Positions 1-9,756 of a stretch of 20,000 nt of DNA are shown one piece after another. Source of the stretch: an uncultured virus (IMG/VR IMGVR_UViG_3300049982_000338). Taxonomy: Duplodnaviria > Heunggongvirae > Uroviricota > Caudoviricetes. Position numbers and translations under genes: made by a program. The DNA lies in the IMG/VR virus record IMGVR_UViG_3300049982_000338; one strand, given 5' to 3'. How positions within the stretch are numbered: position 1 is the first letter of the stretch; every line of letters begins with the position of its first letter. A model generated the notes under the pieces. It was not told the origin of the DNA, did not search any database, and was given only the letters and a program-made list of their open reading frames with translations.

Positions 1-329
1 GAGGGGGTGGGCAGGGCGGCGGTGGGGTCGGGGACCTCCTCGAGCCAGCCGGCGGCGATCCCCGCGAGCACGGCCGGGTCGTCGCCGTACACCCGGAACA
101 CCTGCCCCGCGGAGGCGCCCAGGGCGGCGATCCACGCCCGCACGTAGATCGTGCCGGCGGGCTCGACCACCGGCGGCACGTACGGCGGCACGGCGGGGGC
201 GGCGGTGCGGGTCCAGTAGCGGGCGGCGATCATCTGCGCGGCCAGCGGGTCGGCGTCGTCGACCTGGAACACCGACCCGCGTTCGGCGGTCGTAGTGGTG
301 GTGGTGGCGCGGACCCACACGACCGTCAC
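1..329 (-). CDS. Partial hypothetical protein running off the window, with two tandem ~40-aa domains
   Basis: Not in ORF track. GTG 329 with GGGAG RBS, open to the window edge: MTVVWVRATTTTTTAERGSVFQVDDADPLAAQMIAARYW...TIYVRAWIAALGASAGQVFRVYGDDPAVLAGIAAGWLEEV. Confidence 0.7.
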   Translation of the reverse strand, partial: MTVVWVRATTTTTTAERGSVFQVDDADPLAAQMIAARYWTRTAAPAVPPYVPPVVEPAGTIYVRAWIAALGASAGQVFRVYGDDPAVLAGIAAGWLEEVPDPTAALPTP

Positions 330-353
330 AGCAGCTCCCAGGCACAGGGGGGT

Positions 354-387
354 GCACGGCCCGGAGCCAGCTGCACCGGTCAGGCTA
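354..387 (-). promoter_or_regulatory. Conserved leader motif copy 5 with -10-like TAGCCT
   Basis: Minus strand gcagctggctccgggccgtgc (374-354) matches the GCTGGCYnnnGGCCG core. TAGCCT at 387-382. Confidence 0.65.
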
Positions 388-402
388 CCGGCCGGGCGCG
401 GT

Positions 403-1809
403 CTACTTGGTTTCCATCGAGCGGAGCCGGTCCAGGATCTTCGCCAGCTGCGCGGTCAACGTCACCGCCGGCGGCAGCCGCGGCGCATCCGGCTGCGTCA
501 CACCCAGGGTGACCGTGGTGGGGGTGTCGCCCTGCCCCACCGCCACCTGCTTCGACAGCAGCCGCACCTTCGCCGTGGTCGCCTTCGGCCACTCCTCGTA
601 GGCCGGGTGGGTGATCTGCACCTCCAGCTCATCCCCCACCTGGTAGGAGCCGAGGGGGAACTTCCCGGCGGCGGACACCTGCAACCCGTCCAGCTTCCGG
701 CCCGCCGCGCGGGAGGTGAGCAGGGTGCCGGTCACCGCCTCGGACAGCGCCGTCCGCCACCGGGCGGCGTGAATGTCGGCCCAGCTGTCCATCGGCACGT
801 TGTAGACGTCGGGCACCGTGCCGTCCACGGCCAGGTCCCGCAGCTCCTTGCTCATCGACGCCGTCACCGGGATCCGCCGGTCGGCGGCGTCCAGGTCCGG
901 ATAGCCCTCCCCGTGCATCAGCACCGGGAACCCGGCGGCGATCTCATCAGACCCAATGTCGTCCACGGTGGTCACCTGGAACGCCCGCACCTCCGGCTCG
1001 GCGGGCTGCACCACCACCGGTTCCGCCCCGGCCACCGGGGTTCCGGCCGCGTCGGTGGGCTGCACCTTCACCTCGGCGATGGCCGGCTTCACCGACGACC
1101 CCACGTAGGTGTTGTCCATCACCGACCCGTCCTCCTCATCGGACCAGGACAGCAGGCTGCCGGGGTAGGTGAAGGACAGGCCCGACGCGGCGGCGGTCCG
1201 GCCCAGCCGGGGCTCCCCGATCTGCAGGGTGCGGCGCATCGTGCCGTCGGTGTCCCGGTAGCACAGCACGTGGAACTCGATGGGGGTCTGCGTCTCCGTG
1301 AACGAGGAGATCAACTGGGTGACGTTCTTCAGGTCCGCGGCCAGCCACTCCCGGTTGCGGAGCGCCCCGCCGCCGGTCACGTTCTGCACCGTCAGACCAA
1401 TGTCGGCGCCGAACAGGGTCTGCACGTCGGCCACGATCGCGGCGATCATCGTGGCCGCGGTGGCGTTGGTGAACACCCGATCGGCGCGCAGCAGCTGGTG
1501 CGCCAGATACGACTCGAACGAGGCGGCGACCAGCTGGATGCCGGGAAACCCGTGGGCCCGCTTCCGCCCCCACACGATCCCGCCCCACTCCACATGATCG
1601 CCGTACTCCACGTACACGGCGGTACGCCGGGGAGCGGTCGCCGCCCACGGATCCCGGTCCCGCACCTCCTTATCGGTGAGGACCAGGCCCCCGGCCAGCG
1701 ACCCCACCCCGGCCAGCACGTCCTCATACGAGACGCCGATCAACGGGAGGGTCGCCAGCTCGGTGTTCGTGCGCAGGTCGTGGAACACGTACCGCCAACC
1801 GTCGGCCAC
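403..1809 (-). CDS. Minor tail / baseplate hub protein (~468 aa)
   Basis: GTG 1809 just after the upstream stop. WRYVFHDLRT...LPL, WGGIVW.R, G.PRLG, F.YPGSL.SW, YQVGD...V.I and a C-terminal coiled coil (LDRLRSME). Confidence 0.75.
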   Translation of the reverse strand: MADGWRYVFHDLRTNTELATLPLIGVSYEDVLAGVGSLAGGLVLTDKEVRDRDPWAATAPRRTAVYVEYGDHVEWGGIVWGRKRAHGFPGIQLVAASFESYLAHQLLRADRVFTNATAATMIAAIVADVQTLFGADIGLTVQNVTGGGALRNREWLAADLKNVTQLISSFTETQTPIEFHVLCYRDTDGTMRRTLQIGEPRLGRTAAASGLSFTYPGSLLSWSDEEDGSVMDNTYVGSSVKPAIAEVKVQPTDAAGTPVAGAEPVVVQPAEPEVRAFQVTTVDDIGSDEIAAGFPVLMHGEGYPDLDAADRRIPVTASMSKELRDLAVDGTVPDVYNVPMDSWADIHAARWRTALSEAVTGTLLTSRAAGRKLDGLQVSAAGKFPLGSYQVGDELEVQITHPAYEEWPKATTAKVRLLSKQVAVGQGDTPTTVTLGVTQPDAPRLPPAVTLTAQLAKILDRLRSMETK

Positions 1810-1810
1810 G

Positions 1811-3022
1811 TCAGGCCAGGAACTGCTGGTAGGCGATCGGGGAGTCCCAGCGGACAGCGGCATCCCAGGTGGCGGTCATCCCACCGACGGCGGCACCCAC
1901 CTGCACGTAGAACCGGAGGATGGTCGGCCCCTGGTACGGGCCCCGCCCGAACGGCAGCAGCAGCCCGCTGCTCGTCTCATACGGCGGGAAGGTGTCGGTG
2001 TCCCCGGTCGTGGCGTTCGACGCGTAGAAGTCGTTGACGGTGTTGCTGGGGGACAACTGGCTGCCGTTGCTGGAGTTGTCGGCCTGCCATCCGTCGGTGG
2101 GGCTGACCCAGTCGAACGAGCCGTCCGCCTTGTACAGGCGGGCCAGCAGCCGGATCGGCAGGTACTGGGCGGCACCGCCCTGCACCTGGGACTGGGCGGA
2201 GTGCCCGGCGAACCGGAACGCCAGCTTCAGCATGTACGGCAGGCCAATGTCCTCGATCGGCACGTCCGGGCCGACCTGCTGCATCTGTCCGGCGGGCAAC
2301 GCCCCGAGGCGGAGGATCGCCCCCGCGTTGGGTGCGGGCACGGTCTGGTGCCAGCGGCCGTACCCGCCGCCGGCGGCCCGCCACTGCGCCGGGGCGCGGG
2401 AGGTGTCCCACCGCTGCAGGCCCAGCGTGGGATGGTCCCGGTAGGCCCCGTGGTAGGCACCCGGCGCGGTGTCGGTGGTCTGCACCGGCCGGATCCCCCC
2501 GACCGCGACGGTCACCGGCGGCACCACCGTGCCGACCGCCACCGGCCCGGCGGAGCCGTAGACGACGGTCTGCAGCAGCAACGCCCCGGCCGGCACCGCC
2601 GGGGCCACCACCGACCCCTGGGTGGCGGCGTTGGCGCCCATCACCAGGAACACGTCCAGGTCGTTGCTGCTGCCACCGTCGTACAGCTCGTCCCGCACCC
2701 GCGCGCACACGATCCCGGCCGCGTAGGTGGAGGGGCCGGGCAGGGTGGTGGGGGTGAGCAGCTTCTCCGCCCGCAGCGCCGCGATGTAGGCGCCCTGCCC
2801 ACCGCCGCCAGAGGCGATCACGACGGCGAACGGCTGCACCCGCAGGTAGATCCCGGACGCGGTCACCGTGCCCCGGGCGGGGCCGGGGAGCAGCCCGGAG
2901 ATCGGGCGCAGCACATCGGTCGGGGACTGGGTGAGCAGCGCCCCCAGCTCCACCCGGGCGTCCTCGGCGGGCAGCAGCACCGGGGAGTCCTCGGCGCCCT
3001 GCATGAACAACGGAACGGTCAT
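1811..3022 (-). CDS. Minor tail protein (~403 aa)
   Basis: ATG 3022 with AAGGA RBS. ARVRDELYDG...G...PAVPAGALLL..V...VAVGGIRP shoulder-type region, then a beta-rich C-terminus. Confidence 0.7.
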   Translation of the reverse strand: MTVPLFMQGAEDSPVLLPAEDARVELGALLTQSPTDVLRPISGLLPGPARGTVTASGIYLRVQPFAVVIASGGGGQGAYIAALRAEKLLTPTTLPGPSTYAAGIVCARVRDELYDGGSSNDLDVFLVMGANAATQGSVVAPAVPAGALLLQTVVYGSAGPVAVGTVVPPVTVAVGGIRPVQTTDTAPGAYHGAYRDHPTLGLQRWDTSRAPAQWRAAGGGYGRWHQTVPAPNAGAILRLGALPAGQMQQVGPDVPIEDIGLPYMLKLAFRFAGHSAQSQVQGGAAQYLPIRLLARLYKADGSFDWVSPTDGWQADNSSNGSQLSPSNTVNDFYASNATTGDTDTFPPYETSSGLLLPFGRGPYQGPTILRFYVQVGAAVGGMTATWDAAVRWDSPIAYQQFLA

Positions 3023-3047
3023 CGTCGGTTCCTTCTCTCGGGTCGGG

Positions 3048-3935
3048 TCATCGCCAGGCGGGGCGGTAGGTGACGGTGGCCAGACCGACCCCGTTGTAGG
3101 AGTCGGCGAGGAACCGGACGTCATTGTCGCCGGGCTGCACGGCCCAGAACTCGGCGCCGTAGGCGCGGGCGGACAGCTGGGACACCCCATCGACGGTGAC
3201 CGTCTCCGCGGCGCAGTCCACGACCACTTTCTGACCGTCGGCCAGCGGGAACCGGAGCGCGAACGTCTGCCCGGTGGTGCGGTTCAGCAGCCGCGGATTG
3301 GGCGGCGTCGGCCCGGTCAGGGTGAACACGGTGTCCCGGGACGGGGCGCGGCCGGGGTTGTAGTCCGGCTCCAGCCCGGCCGCGCCACCGAAGTTCCACG
3401 GCGAGCGGGCGGGGAAGGTGAGCCCACCGAACACCGGCGCCACCAGCCGGCGGGTGATCGTCCGGATCCCGGCCAGCCCGGCGGCGTACTTGTACGGATC
3501 CGCCGCCCCCAACACCACGGAGAAGGTGCGGGCCCGGGTACCGCGGTGCGGGTCCACGATGCACGGCCCGGCCTGCCGCACCGCCATCTGCTTGGGCTGC
3601 GTGCCGTCCTCACGCCACAGCAGCACGTCCCGGTCCAGGACCTCCACGGCGTCCCGGAACCGGTCCTCCGCGTCGTCCATGTCCGCGCCGCACCGCACCG
3701 GCCGGAACCCGCCCGTCATGGTCAGCGTCTTCGACGGGCGGCGGCCGATCCCGAACCAGCCACCATCCCCCGCCCCCTCCTCGATGGGCAGCGACGCGTT
3801 GGTGGTGCGCCACCCGTCCACGTTCTCCACCACCCACTCGATGCCGAACTCGTCGACGCCGTTGAGCTGCAGCACCGGCGCCTCGTAGGCCGGGCCGAGC
3901 CCCCACGTCACACGTCCACCGGGCGCGAACGTCAC
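3048..3935 (-). CDS. Distal tail protein (Dit)-like minor tail protein (295 aa)
   Basis: GTGA overlap with the tape measure gene. A.DPYKY, FTLTGP..NP.L, W.VQPGDN.V and YRPAW motifs of siphovirus Dit proteins. Confidence 0.8.
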   Translation of the reverse strand: MTFAPGGRVTWGLGPAYEAPVLQLNGVDEFGIEWVVENVDGWRTTNASLPIEEGAGDGGWFGIGRRPSKTLTMTGGFRPVRCGADMDDAEDRFRDAVEVLDRDVLLWREDGTQPKQMAVRQAGPCIVDPHRGTRARTFSVVLGAADPYKYAAGLAGIRTITRRLVAPVFGGLTFPARSPWNFGGAAGLEPDYNPGRAPSRDTVFTLTGPTPPNPRLLNRTTGQTFALRFPLADGQKVVVDCAAETVTVDGVSQLSARAYGAEFWAVQPGDNDVRFLADSYNGVGLATVTYRPAWR

Positions 3936-6900
3936 CAGGCCACCTCCCCGATCTGTGCGTTGAGCAGCCCCATCCGCAGGGAGCGGGCCAGGTCCTGCTC
4001 CAAGATGGCGGCGGCCTGACCGGCGGTCGGCACCGTCGGAACCGTCAGCGTCGGGGAGTAGGTGACGTACACGGCGGCGGCCGCTTCGTGCGCCGCGATC
4101 GCGCCCTGAACGTCACCGGCGGCCTCCAGCTGACGGGCCCGGGCGCGGGCGTTGTCGAACGCGAACTGCGCCATGCTCGCCGTCGACTCGGCGTCGGCCC
4201 CCGCCCCATCGGCGGTGGTGGCGGTGTCGGTGGTGGCGGTGGCGGTGGCGGCGGCCTTCGCCGCCAGCGCGGCGGCGGTCAGCCCGGCCCGCTCGAGCAC
4301 CACGAACTTGTCCGCATCCGACCGGGCCAGGGTCACCGTGCCCGGGTCCAGCCCCTGGGCGACGGCCTGCGCCTTCCCGATCGTCTCGGTCATCAACGCC
4401 ACCTCGGCCAGCAGCGCGGACAGCTCGCGGAGGGTGACCAGGACCTTCCAGCGGACGTCGGCGGCCACGGCGCGCGCATCGGTGGCCTCGGTGATCGCCC
4501 CGTCCACCAGCTCCCGGAACGCGCCGAGGGTGGTGGCCACGGCGCCGGTCTGCTCCGCGATGCGGGTCAGCGCCGTGCTCGACGTCATCAGGTAGCCGAT
4601 GACCTGCCCGGCGACCCCGGTGTCCCCGGTCAGGGCGGGCCGCAGGTTGGACTCCAGCACCTGCCACTGCGCGCCGGTGAACACCGGCTCCGGCGCGTTG
4701 GACAGGTTCAGCCCCGCCATCCCGGGCAGCAGCATCCCGCCGCCGTCGTAGACGGCGGCGTGGACGTGGTTGTGGTGGTCCTTGCGGGTCTGCGCGTTGT
4801 ACGTGTGGTCCCGGCCGTTCTTCACGTCCGGGGTGTCGTCATAAGCCCCGTCGTAGATGAGCTCCGCCAGGGTCTTCCCGAACCCGGAGTACAGGAACCG
4901 GGCGATCGAGGCCAGACCGGCGGACCCGTTCCCACCCGGCCCGGACCCGAACCCGAAGTCGATGGCCTTGCCCTTCCCGTGGTAGCCGGGGTCCCCCGCG
5001 CGGAAGGTCGAGTTGATCCGGGCCTGCGGGATCGCGGCGTGCACCACGTCCCACACGGACCGCCACGCACCGGTGAGCCCACCGCCGGCACCAGCGGCGA
5101 CCTTCCCCGCAGCCTGGGCAGCACCGGCGGCGGCTGCCTCGGCGGCGGTGCGGGTCAGGGTGTCCAGGGCGAACCGGGACGCGTAGTTGGTGATCTCGTC
5201 CTCCACCTCCTTCCGCCGGGTCAGGGCGGCGCCCAGGATCAGCCCACCCTCAGCCATGTGCGGCACGTCGGGGTTGACCACGGCCAGGCCCATCCGGCGG
5301 GCGGTCTGGTCCAGGATCGACATGGACCGGGCGGAGGTGTTGATCGGGATATACGCCTCGTCATCCCGCACCCGGTCCCCGATGACCCGCCAGGTGTTGG
5401 GCTTGACGACCTGCGCGATCCCTCCGCGCATCGCCTTCGGCTCGATCCCGCCCTTCGCGTAGGCGTGCACGATGCCGCCGTCATGCTCATAGGCCACCCC
5501 GAGCGCGAGCCCACCGTTGGCGGTGCGGTACTGCTGCTGGAAGCGGCCCGGGGCGACCTCCATCGTGTTCAGGGCGACGGTCAGCGTCCGCCCCTTCAGG
5601 TTGTCGATCGCCTTCTGCAGGTCGGCGGCGGCCTGGGTGGCGTCGGCGGTGTCGGCGGTGATCTGCGTGGTCCGTTCGGCCGGGATCCCGAGGATCTGGT
5701 CGGCGTAGGTGCGGGCCTGCTCCTGGGACATACCCATCTGCGTGGCCGTGTCGATGAACGTCTGCCGCAACTGGGCGTCCTTGGCGACCACCTGATCGGA
5801 GGTGGCGCCCTGCTCGATCATCTTCTGGATCAGGTCGTTACCGGCGTCCCGCATCCCCAGCAGCGCGGCCTGCGCATTACGCCCGGAATCGGTGTGCAGG
5901 TCGAACTTGCCGGTGGCCTGGTCCACCTGCCCGGTCAGCCCCTCCACCGACGCCTTCGCCTGGTCGACCGACGCCCAGTAGTTGGCCTCCGCCGTGTCGG
6001 CGTCGACCGTGGACCCGGTCAGCCCGTCCAGGCTGGCCTTCTCCGCGTCCAGCGCCGTGGTCGCGGCCTGGGTGGCGGTGTCCAGCTCCGCCTGCTTGCC
6101 GCGCATCCCCTCGGCCTTCGTCTTGGCCTCGTCCATCGACGAGGCCAGGCCCAGCCATTCGGCGACGTGCCCGAGCCAGTCCGGCTTCTTCCCGCCGAAC
6201 TGCTTCTGGTATTCGGTGTTGAAGTCCTCCGATTTCAGGGTGCCGTTGGCGATGGCCGTCGCCCACGCGTCGGTCTGCGCGGACGCCTTCTCCATCTGCC
6301 CGCCGACGGCACCGACGAGGGCGCTGGCGCCGGCGATGGCGATACCCCACGGCCCGCCGAACGCGGCCAGGACACCGCTGGCCGCCCCGGACAGTTTCCC
6401 GACCTTCCCCGCCGCGCCCTCCGCGGCGCCACCGATCCCGGCGAGCGCGCCCTGCGCCGCCCCGGTCTGCCCGGACAGCCGGCCGATCGCCCCGGTCACC
6501 CCGTCGATGACCCCGGACACCCCGGTGAGCGTCTTGTAGCCGAGGAACGCGGTCAGCAGCGCCGCCACCACCGGCACCGGCAGCGCCGCGAGGACGTCGG
6601 TCAGCAACGCCAGCGACGGCAGCAGCGCCTGCCCGATCCCCGCACCGGCGACCACCACGTTCCCGATGATCTCGGCGACGTTCCCGATGATCTCCTTCAC
6701 CAGCGGCCAGTTGGTCCGCACGTACTCGGTGAACTGGTGGAACCCGTCCGAGCCACCGAACTGCTGCGACCAGGTGAGGAACTTCCCGGTCAGGTCCTCG
6801 ATGCCGGTGGCCATCTCCGTGCCGAGCGGCGCGAACGCCGTCCAGATCGCCCCCAGGGCTTCGGCGATGTTCTCCCCGGCGTGCCACAGCGCCTCGAACT

Positions 6901-9067
6901 GCGGCACCCCCTGCGTCTGCAGGGTGTCGAAGAACCGCGTCCAGGTGGGGTCCGACAGCCGCCCGATGGTGCCCTGCAGCAGCTTCCCCGCCGAGGTGGC
7001 GAACGCGTCCACAAAGCCGGTGATCCGCCCCTCCTGGGACAGCAGCCCCTCCAGGCCGGTCTGCACACCGGGCAGGATCCCGGCGGCGGCGGTGTCCTGC
7101 AGCCGCTTCCACGCCGGCCGCAGGGTGCCGTCCACGAACTCCGCGAACCGGCGGGTCGACGGGGACACCTTGTCCAGCTCGGCGTTGATCCGGGCCAGCG
7201 CGTTCGACCCGGCGTCCCCGGACCCGGCGGCGGCGGTGGCGACCGCGGCCATCGCCCCGGCCACCCCGCCCTGCGCCTGGGAGATCGAGAACGCCGACTG
7301 CCGCTGCTGGGTGGCCTGCGCCGCCACCGCGTCGCTGATCGCCCGCTGCGCGGCCTCGACCTTCCGGGCGCCGTCCTCCCGCGCCTTGCCCACCGCGGCC
7401 TCGGCGTCGCCGATTTTTCGGGCGCTGGCGACCTGAGAATCGGCGAGGGCCTGCTGTGCCAGGGCGATTTTTTCGGCTCCCTCGACGCGGGCGGCGTCGA
7501 CGTCGGCGGCGGCAGCGCCGACGTCCTTCACCCCGTCGGTCACCCGCTGCTGCGCGTCGACGAGCTGCTGCTGCGCGGCGGTCACCTGGTCGGAGCCGTC
7601 GACCCCCTTCGCCGCCTCCTCCTTCTGCTGCTCCACCAGCCGCTGCCCGGCGAGGCGCAGTTCCTTCTGCGACTGGACCTGCTGCTCGTAGCGGAGCTGC
7701 GCCTGGGCGCGGGCGGCGGCGTCGGCCTTCGGGTCGGCCATCGTCTTGTTCAGCTCGGCCTGCGCGTCGGCGACGTCGAGGACGGCTTGGCGCTGGTCCA
7801 GGGCGTTGTCGGTGACCCGGTTGGCCAGGTCCTCCAGCTGCTGCTCGGCGTCCTTCCGGGCGCCGGTCAGGTCCTCCTGCGCCTGCTGCTGCGCCTTCTG
7901 CGCCACCGTCAGCGCCCGCTCGGCGGTCTCCTGCCGGTCCAGGGCGGTCTGCACCCGGGTGGAGGCCGCGGCCTCGGCCTGCGCCACCGCGCGGCCCGCC
8001 CGGTCGGCGTCCTTCGCGGCCTGGTCCCGCGCATCGGACAATTTTCGGAGCGCGGCGTCGATGGCGGAGGCACCGTCCTGCTCGGCCCGCACCTCCGCGG
8101 CGCGGGCATCGGTGACGGTCCGGGCAGCCTTGGCGGCGGAGTCGGCCGCGTTCGCCCGGGTGTTCGCCAGCCCGGCCTCCGCCGACTCCAGCCCGCGCTG
8201 CGCGGAGGCCAGCGCGGCGGCGGACGCGGACTGCTTCCCGGCGGCCTGGGTCGCGGCGGCGGCCTGCGCGGTCTGCTGCTGCCCGAGGAGCTTCACCGCG
8301 TCCCCGACCCCGGAGAACCCGAGGGCGATCACCCCGAGCCCGGCGGCGGCCCCACCGGCGGCGGCACCGATCCCGGCGATCGCCAGCGCCGCGGCGGCGG
8401 CGGCGGGGATGATCGCGGACCCGATCCCGATGCCGGCGGCGATCAGCCCACCGATGCTCGACGTGGCGCGGGCCGCGGACCCGCCGTCGTCCACGTCGAC
8501 CTTGACGTCAGCGTTCTTGCCGTCCAGGGCGTCGACCTCGGCGCGGACCGCGGCGAGCTCCGCGATCGCCGCCGCCGCATCCGCCCGCACCGCCACATCG
8601 GAGGTGGAGCCGGCCAGGTCCCGCAGCTGGTGCTCGATCGCACCCAGCTCCAGCAGCGCGTCCCCGGTGGACACGTCGACCCCGAGCCGCTTGGACCCGA
8701 GGGTTTCCATCTGCCGGCGGATGCCGGTGATCGCGTGGTCGGCGTCGGAGGAATCCGCGCGGATCTGGATGTCCGGCAGGTCGGCCATCGCCGCCCGCAG
8801 CCGCTTGGCGAACGCGTCCCCGAACGCACCGGCGGCCCGCTCCGCCGCCGGCTTCGCCTTCCGCGCGACCTCGTCCCCGAGGGAGTCGGACACCTTCTGC
8901 CCGGTCTCCCGGGCCTTCCGCTCGACCTTGCCCAGCGCCTTGTCGTAGGAGTCCACGACCTTGCCCAGCGACCGGTCGATCTTCGCTTCGAGGTCCCGGC
9001 CGACGGCGGAGGCATCAGCTGTGACGGCGATGTAGGCGTCGCCGAGCTTCGTGCCGCCAGCAGGCAC
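3932..9067 (-). CDS. Tape measure protein (1711 aa) with C-terminal LAS-type zinc peptidase domain
   Basis: N-terminal LGDAYIAVTAD, long Ala/Gln-rich helical regions, hydrophobic segments, GGPWG, YAKGG...EAYIP and YDGGG...EPVFT..QW motifs. Lies between the chaperones and the distal tail gene. Confidence 0.93.
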   Translation of the reverse strand: MPAGGTKLGDAYIAVTADASAVGRDLEAKIDRSLGKVVDSYDKALGKVERKARETGQKVSDSLGDEVARKAKPAAERAAGAFGDAFAKRLRAAMADLPDIQIRADSSDADHAITGIRRQMETLGSKRLGVDVSTGDALLELGAIEHQLRDLAGSTSDVAVRADAAAAIAELAAVRAEVDALDGKNADVKVDVDDGGSAARATSSIGGLIAAGIGIGSAIIPAAAAAALAIAGIGAAAGGAAAGLGVIALGFSGVGDAVKLLGQQQTAQAAAATQAAGKQSASAAALASAQRGLESAEAGLANTRANAADSAAKAARTVTDARAAEVRAEQDGASAIDAALRKLSDARDQAAKDADRAGRAVAQAEAAASTRVQTALDRQETAERALTVAQKAQQQAQEDLTGARKDAEQQLEDLANRVTDNALDQRQAVLDVADAQAELNKTMADPKADAAARAQAQLRYEQQVQSQKELRLAGQRLVEQQKEEAAKGVDGSDQVTAAQQQLVDAQQRVTDGVKDVGAAAADVDAARVEGAEKIALAQQALADSQVASARKIGDAEAAVGKAREDGARKVEAAQRAISDAVAAQATQQRQSAFSISQAQGGVAGAMAAVATAAAGSGDAGSNALARINAELDKVSPSTRRFAEFVDGTLRPAWKRLQDTAAAGILPGVQTGLEGLLSQEGRITGFVDAFATSAGKLLQGTIGRLSDPTWTRFFDTLQTQGVPQFEALWHAGENIAEALGAIWTAFAPLGTEMATGIEDLTGKFLTWSQQFGGSDGFHQFTEYVRTNWPLVKEIIGNVAEIIGNVVVAGAGIGQALLPSLALLTDVLAALPVPVVAALLTAFLGYKTLTGVSGVIDGVTGAIGRLSGQTGAAQGALAGIGGAAEGAAGKVGKLSGAASGVLAAFGGPWGIAIAGASALVGAVGGQMEKASAQTDAWATAIANGTLKSEDFNTEYQKQFGGKKPDWLGHVAEWLGLASSMDEAKTKAEGMRGKQAELDTATQAATTALDAEKASLDGLTGSTVDADTAEANYWASVDQAKASVEGLTGQVDQATGKFDLHTDSGRNAQAALLGMRDAGNDLIQKMIEQGATSDQVVAKDAQLRQTFIDTATQMGMSQEQARTYADQILGIPAERTTQITADTADATQAAADLQKAIDNLKGRTLTVALNTMEVAPGRFQQQYRTANGGLALGVAYEHDGGIVHAYAKGGIEPKAMRGGIAQVVKPNTWRVIGDRVRDDEAYIPINTSARSMSILDQTARRMGLAVVNPDVPHMAEGGLILGAALTRRKEVEDEITNYASRFALDTLTRTAAEAAAAGAAQAAGKVAAGAGGGLTGAWRSVWDVVHAAIPQARINSTFRAGDPGYHGKGKAIDFGFGSGPGGNGSAGLASIARFLYSGFGKTLAELIYDGAYDDTPDVKNGRDHTYNAQTRKDHHNHVHAAVYDGGGMLLPGMAGLNLSNAPEPVFTGAQWQVLESNLRPALTGDTGVAGQVIGYLMTSSTALTRIAEQTGAVATTLGAFRELVDGAITEATDARAVAADVRWKVLVTLRELSALLAEVALMTETIGKAQAVAQGLDPGTVTLARSDADKFVVLERAGLTAAALAAKAAATATATTDTATTADGAGADAESTASMAQFAFDNARARARQLEAAGDVQGAIAAHEAAAAVYVTYSPTLTVPTVPTAGQAAAILEQDLARSLRMGLLNAQIGEVAW

Positions 9068-9096
9068 CGGGCGGGCCCCTCACTGTGTGCAGGAGG

Positions 9097-9132
9097 GCCC
9101 GGCCCGAAGCCAGCAGCGCAACCCGCAGGATA
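9097..9132 (-). promoter_or_regulatory. Conserved leader motif copy 4 with -10-like TATCCT, upstream of tape measure gene
   Basis: 21-bp identity with 10145-10165. TATCCT on the minus strand at 9132-9127. Confidence 0.75.
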
Positions 9133-9156
9133 GCCGCCAGCCCCCCGGCCGCCCGG

Positions 9157-9756
9157 TCAGGCGCGCACGACCTGCCCCCCGTCGGGCTGCATCCCGGCCA
9201 GCTGCAACCAGCCGGACGCCTCATCCGCCCACGGCGCGTCGTCCTCACCCCCGGCGGAGCTGGCCTCGGTGATGGTGGCGGGGGCGGCCAGCGATGCGTC
9301 GACCCGGGCCCGTTCCTCCGCGCTCCGCCCGTCGACCATCCGCGTGTACAGCCAGTTGCACAGCCGCTCCAGCGGCCACTCCAACAGGTCTCCCAGCCCC
9401 CGGTCGGCGGCCCGCCCCGACCACAGCTCCCAGTCCCCCACCAGCACCCCGACCAGCTGGGTGGCCTGCCACCACGGCCGACCCGCGACCCGGCCGAGGA
9501 CCCCGCGCCCCATCTCGGCCAGCAGCTCCGGGGTCACCCCACTGTCGGGGTCCATCGCGTCGTCCCACAGCTCCGCGGCCACCGCCTCGGGGAGGACGTC
9601 CAGCAGCAGGTCCGCCGGCTCGTCGGACAACACCCCCAGCACCCACACCCGCGCCGGCTGGTCGGGCACCTCGTACTCCACCCCGTCCAGGGTGAACGTC
9701 ACCGGCCCGGGGGTGTGCCGGGCCCGCCAGGCGGCGAAGTCGACCCCGCCGGTCAC
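9157..9756 (-). CDS. Tail assembly chaperone 2-like protein (199 aa)
   Basis: GTGA overlap with chaperone 1, immediately before the tape measure gene. GRPWWQATQL...WPLERLCNWLY helical region. Confidence 0.6.
   Translation of the reverse strand: MTGGVDFAAWRARHTPGPVTFTLDGVEYEVPDQPARVWVLGVLSDEPADLLLDVLPEAVAAELWDDAMDPDSGVTPELLAEMGRGVLGRVAGRPWWQATQLVGVLVGDWELWSGRAADRGLGDLLEWPLERLCNWLYTRMVDGRSAEERARVDASLAAPATITEASSAGGEDDAPWADEASGWLQLAGMQPDGGQVVRA

Noticed and set aside
289..308. Short (gtg)n tract as a contingency repeat
   Set aside because: It is an imperfect in-frame Thr run within the ORF at 1-329 and is too short to suggest phase variation.
4088..9133. 1681-aa plus-strand ORF and other long plus-strand ORFs (295..2037, 1676..3073, 16178..17941)
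   Set aside because: Antisense shadows of real minus-strand genes in high-GC DNA: Arg/Gly/His-rich, no recognisable motifs, fully overlapping.
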